Source: Octopus bimaculoides (lineage: Eukaryota). Taken from it: a DNA stretch of 36,915 nucleotides. Position numbers and translations under genes: made by a program. The stretch spans positions 19,738,342 to 19,775,256 of the forward strand of contig NC_068999.1 of assembly GCF_001194135.2 (NCBI RefSeq), written 5' to 3'. A model generated the notes under the pieces. It did not search any database, was not told the origin of the DNA, and was given only the letters and a program-made list of their open reading frames with translations. Below, one piece after another: positions 34,140 through 36,915 of the stretch (position 1 is its first letter; each line of letters begins with the position of its first letter).

Positions 34140-35380
34140 TTTTATATTCCTATTTTTGCGCCTATGCATTGTTCGTTTTTGGTTTCGTCGACTACACAGT
34201 ATACTAGGGTCAGTTGGGCACTGTATGTGAGAACAAACATGACCGTGACACAATTCACTCTGCCAGAATTTGGAAACGACATACTGTTGTCCTTGACATT
34301 CGCACCGCAAGCTCCAATACGAACATTTCAGAGTGTTTAGGTGTCAATCTGAGGGAATTGTAGCGGATTCGGAAAGAGCTGGATGAATCTAATGCTGATT
34401 ACAAGGGTACGGTAGCTCAGAAAACTTAATCTGATCGTTCTGATAAGAAAAAAAAACTCCTGAATTTGTAGTTAAGAACAAGACCGTGCTTTACTACGAT
34501 CCCTCCAAGTTAAACAGGTCCATCACCAACGACATTGCAGTTTCTTATTTTCGTATCAGTGCATATAGACATTCGGTATTCCTCAAAGAAGATAAGAAAA
34601 GGCCAATTTTTATCCAAAGCCATCAAGGACGGAAGGAAATACCGCTCTGCGAAGCTTTTCAACAAAGTCAAGCTTCCTCTCAGCCCGAACATTCTTTGGT
34701 TATTCTGAGATAAGAATTTCTGCCACGATTAGATAGTGAACACACGGAACAACCATTACTTTGCCGTACACGTACCGAGAGTGACAAAAATCAAATATCC
34801 AATCAACATCACTAGTAACGGCGACATTATGCCTCCAATCATCCTCCCACACGGCCTCACACTCAACACGGAGGCCTACATCAAGTGTCTGAAGGAGGTA
34901 GAACTGCCCTAAATCAAAAGGTGGTTGCTGGAAGACCCTATGTATGACAACAGGACGCTGCACCATGTCACACAAGCAGGAAAACCCAGTCATAGCTGTC
35001 AAACAATTTCTGCGACCGCATCAACCCTAACATCTGGCCACCTAACTCTCCACACTGCAACCTCCTTGATTATTATATGTAAGGCGCAGTTGAGCGAATG
35101 ACCAACAATTCTTGTATCACCAAAGATGAATTGAAGACAAGACAGGACAGCAGCATTCACCAACATAAAAAAGGGGAGCTTCCAGAAAAGTTGCAGTAGA
35201 TTCTGAAGTCGTCTAAACGCTGCGGTTGAAACCTTATGGCAATTTTATTTAATAAATTTACTCGTCAGTGTATCAAGATATTTTTATGTAATTTTGGTAA
35301 ATATACCTGTTAAAATGAAATGTTCAGTGTTATTTACATCTTTGCGTAGTTTAGACAATGTATTCACCGAACCATGTTTA
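34140..35380 (+). mobile_element. Dead DD37D (maT/mori) Tc1/mariner-superfamily transposon
   Basis: Frameshifted transposase: WKRHTVVL..ISECLGVN..RIRKEL..RKGQFLS..KLFNK..LWLF*DKNF..GDIMPP..GL.LNTEAYIKCLKEV..GRPYV*QQDAAPCHTSRKTQ..IWPPNSPHCNLLDYY..GAVER. The catalytic Asp codons at 34954 and 35068 are separated by exactly 37 codons. A TIR-like end lies at ~35350-35380; the left TIR is not seen. Confidence 0.9.
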
Positions 35381-36364
35381 TATACAAAGCTGAAATTTAC
35401 AGAAAAAAATACGAAAATAGGTGTATAAGAAACAAGCAAGTGTATTAGTTTGACGTCGGGGAAAATGAGGAAGTATTTTACGTTTTGAGCCTACGCTCTT
35501 CAACAGAAAATAATAAGAGAAAATAGACAGAGAATGAAAAACCTTGTAGATTTCAGTGGTGTACATGTGTGCATGTGTGTGTGTGTGAGAGAGAAAGTAT
35601 ACATACATACATACATGCATGTATACGTACATACAAGTTTGCGCAATGATATATATCCACGACGGCGGACAAATACACATATAATTCTATGTATCAGTAT
35701 ATATATTCTTACAACGGTTTATGAATGCGACAGTATGAACGTAGAATTCTCTGCAGTTAATCTTTGCTCTATATCCTCTGTGCGGTGATGCTTTTTTTTT
35801 ATTTTGTCTCTTGTTAACTGGCAACGTAATATTTAATAAATATTATAAGCTACATTATACTTCAAAAGTGAAATGTTTTTGATAATAACCCGTTTAATGT
35901 TGGACGAGACTGAGATGCGAGTAGAAATTAACTGATTATATAAACAATGTCGAATAATCTATCTGGAGGTCTCTCTGCTGAAGTTTCTACTACTTTAATT
36001 GGTGAGAATCTCATAAGTCATATTTTCATTTTGCATCATTTTCGTTTTATTTTTAGCGAAATTTCAGACTGCATTTACTAACAAATTGTTCAGGACAGTT
36101 AACATTAGTTTCCCCCGACGTAGAACACTATTTTTATCGTGTTATTATATTTATTTTAATTTTTCTAAAATGTTCGCTAAAGCTGTTTTTATCACTGACT
36201 CTGACACAGTCAGATTTATTAACATCTCAAAACAACTAGGTTTCAAAAAGTCGACTACTTCGTTAAAAACCTATTTTTGCTTCAAATTTTTATACAAGGC
36301 TAGTAATTGGGGGAAGTGCGAGATAAGTCTATTACATCGATACATATAATTTCTGAGCACGCAC

Positions 36365-36500
36365 TGCTTTTTATCGACCACGAAGTGATAAGAGGTACAA
36401 TCTCTCTCAGAAGAATTTGAGCTGAGGTCCTAGTTAGTCACAAGAAATGCGGATATGCATTTTGTTCAAGATTCTAATGATCCTGCTATCTGGCCGACCT
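36365..36500 (-). mobile_element. Highly degenerate SINE
   Basis: tttttatcgaccacgaagtgataagagg...gaatttgagctgagg...gcattttgttc...attcta resembles the other minus-strand copies. Confidence 0.45.
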
Positions 36501-36839
36501 TTAATAGTATTCAGTTCAAATCTGGGCAATAGGTCTGAAATAACAAAGGGAGGAACTAGGCGATGCTATTGACGCCGGCATAGGCCTTATATATATATTT
36601 TTTTTTTTTTTTTACCCCAATTGTGAAACAAATTAGAGACAAGCGGTATTTGAGGTTACAATATGAAGAAATGTCGCTAGCTATTTTGTTAAAAACGCTA
36701 AAGATACTGCCAGCCTGACGTCTTAAAGAATCCACAATTTTTGATGCGGGGCAGTCTTAGAGTACAGAGTTAGCCTGTTGCATTGACTACGATTCTTGAC
36801 TAGTTCTTAATTTTACTGATCCTGAAAGAATTAAACGCA

Positions 36840-36900
36840 ATGTTTAGCACGGTGAAATTTGAAACCCGAACGTAATAAGACAGAAGCAATTTCAAGCGGC
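36840..36900 (-). mobile_element. SINE remnant
   Basis: cggtgaaatttgaaacccgaacgtaataagacaga resembles cggcggaatttgaactcagaacgtaaagacaga in the other copies. Confidence 0.35.
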
Positions 36901-36915
36901 TTTTTGTACATGTGG

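Overview
This is AT-rich, microsatellite-dense eukaryotic DNA with five N-gaps, each flanked by simple repeats. The interspersed repeats resemble octopus (coleoid cephalopod) families I recognise from memory, so the species call is inference. I find no host protein-coding gene that I can support, and no rRNA, true tRNA, CRISPR array or prokaryotic features. The window reads as intergenic or intronic DNA made of decayed mobile elements. These are: an internally deleted Ty3/gypsy (K02A2.6-like) element at 0.3-2.1 kb; a mariner 3' end at 9.2-9.5 kb; an RTE-like LINE tail at 17.8-18.1 kb; a Penelope-like terminal fragment carrying a degenerate hammerhead ribozyme at 22.1 kb; R4/Dong-clade LINE remnants embedded in (TAA)n arrays at 23.7 and 25.2-26.4 kb; a non-coding repeat that is also TAA-flanked; a near-complete but dead DD37D (maT) transposon at 34.1-35.4 kb; and about 14 tRNA-derived SINE copies. 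The best leads are the hammerhead motif, the TAA-targeted LINE cluster with a possible non-autonomous partner, and two fold-back structures (7.5-8.2 kb and 31.4-31.8 kb) that would form dsRNA if transcribed. I do not see convincing evidence of a new biological system. Boundaries are read by eye and are approximate unless stated as exact.
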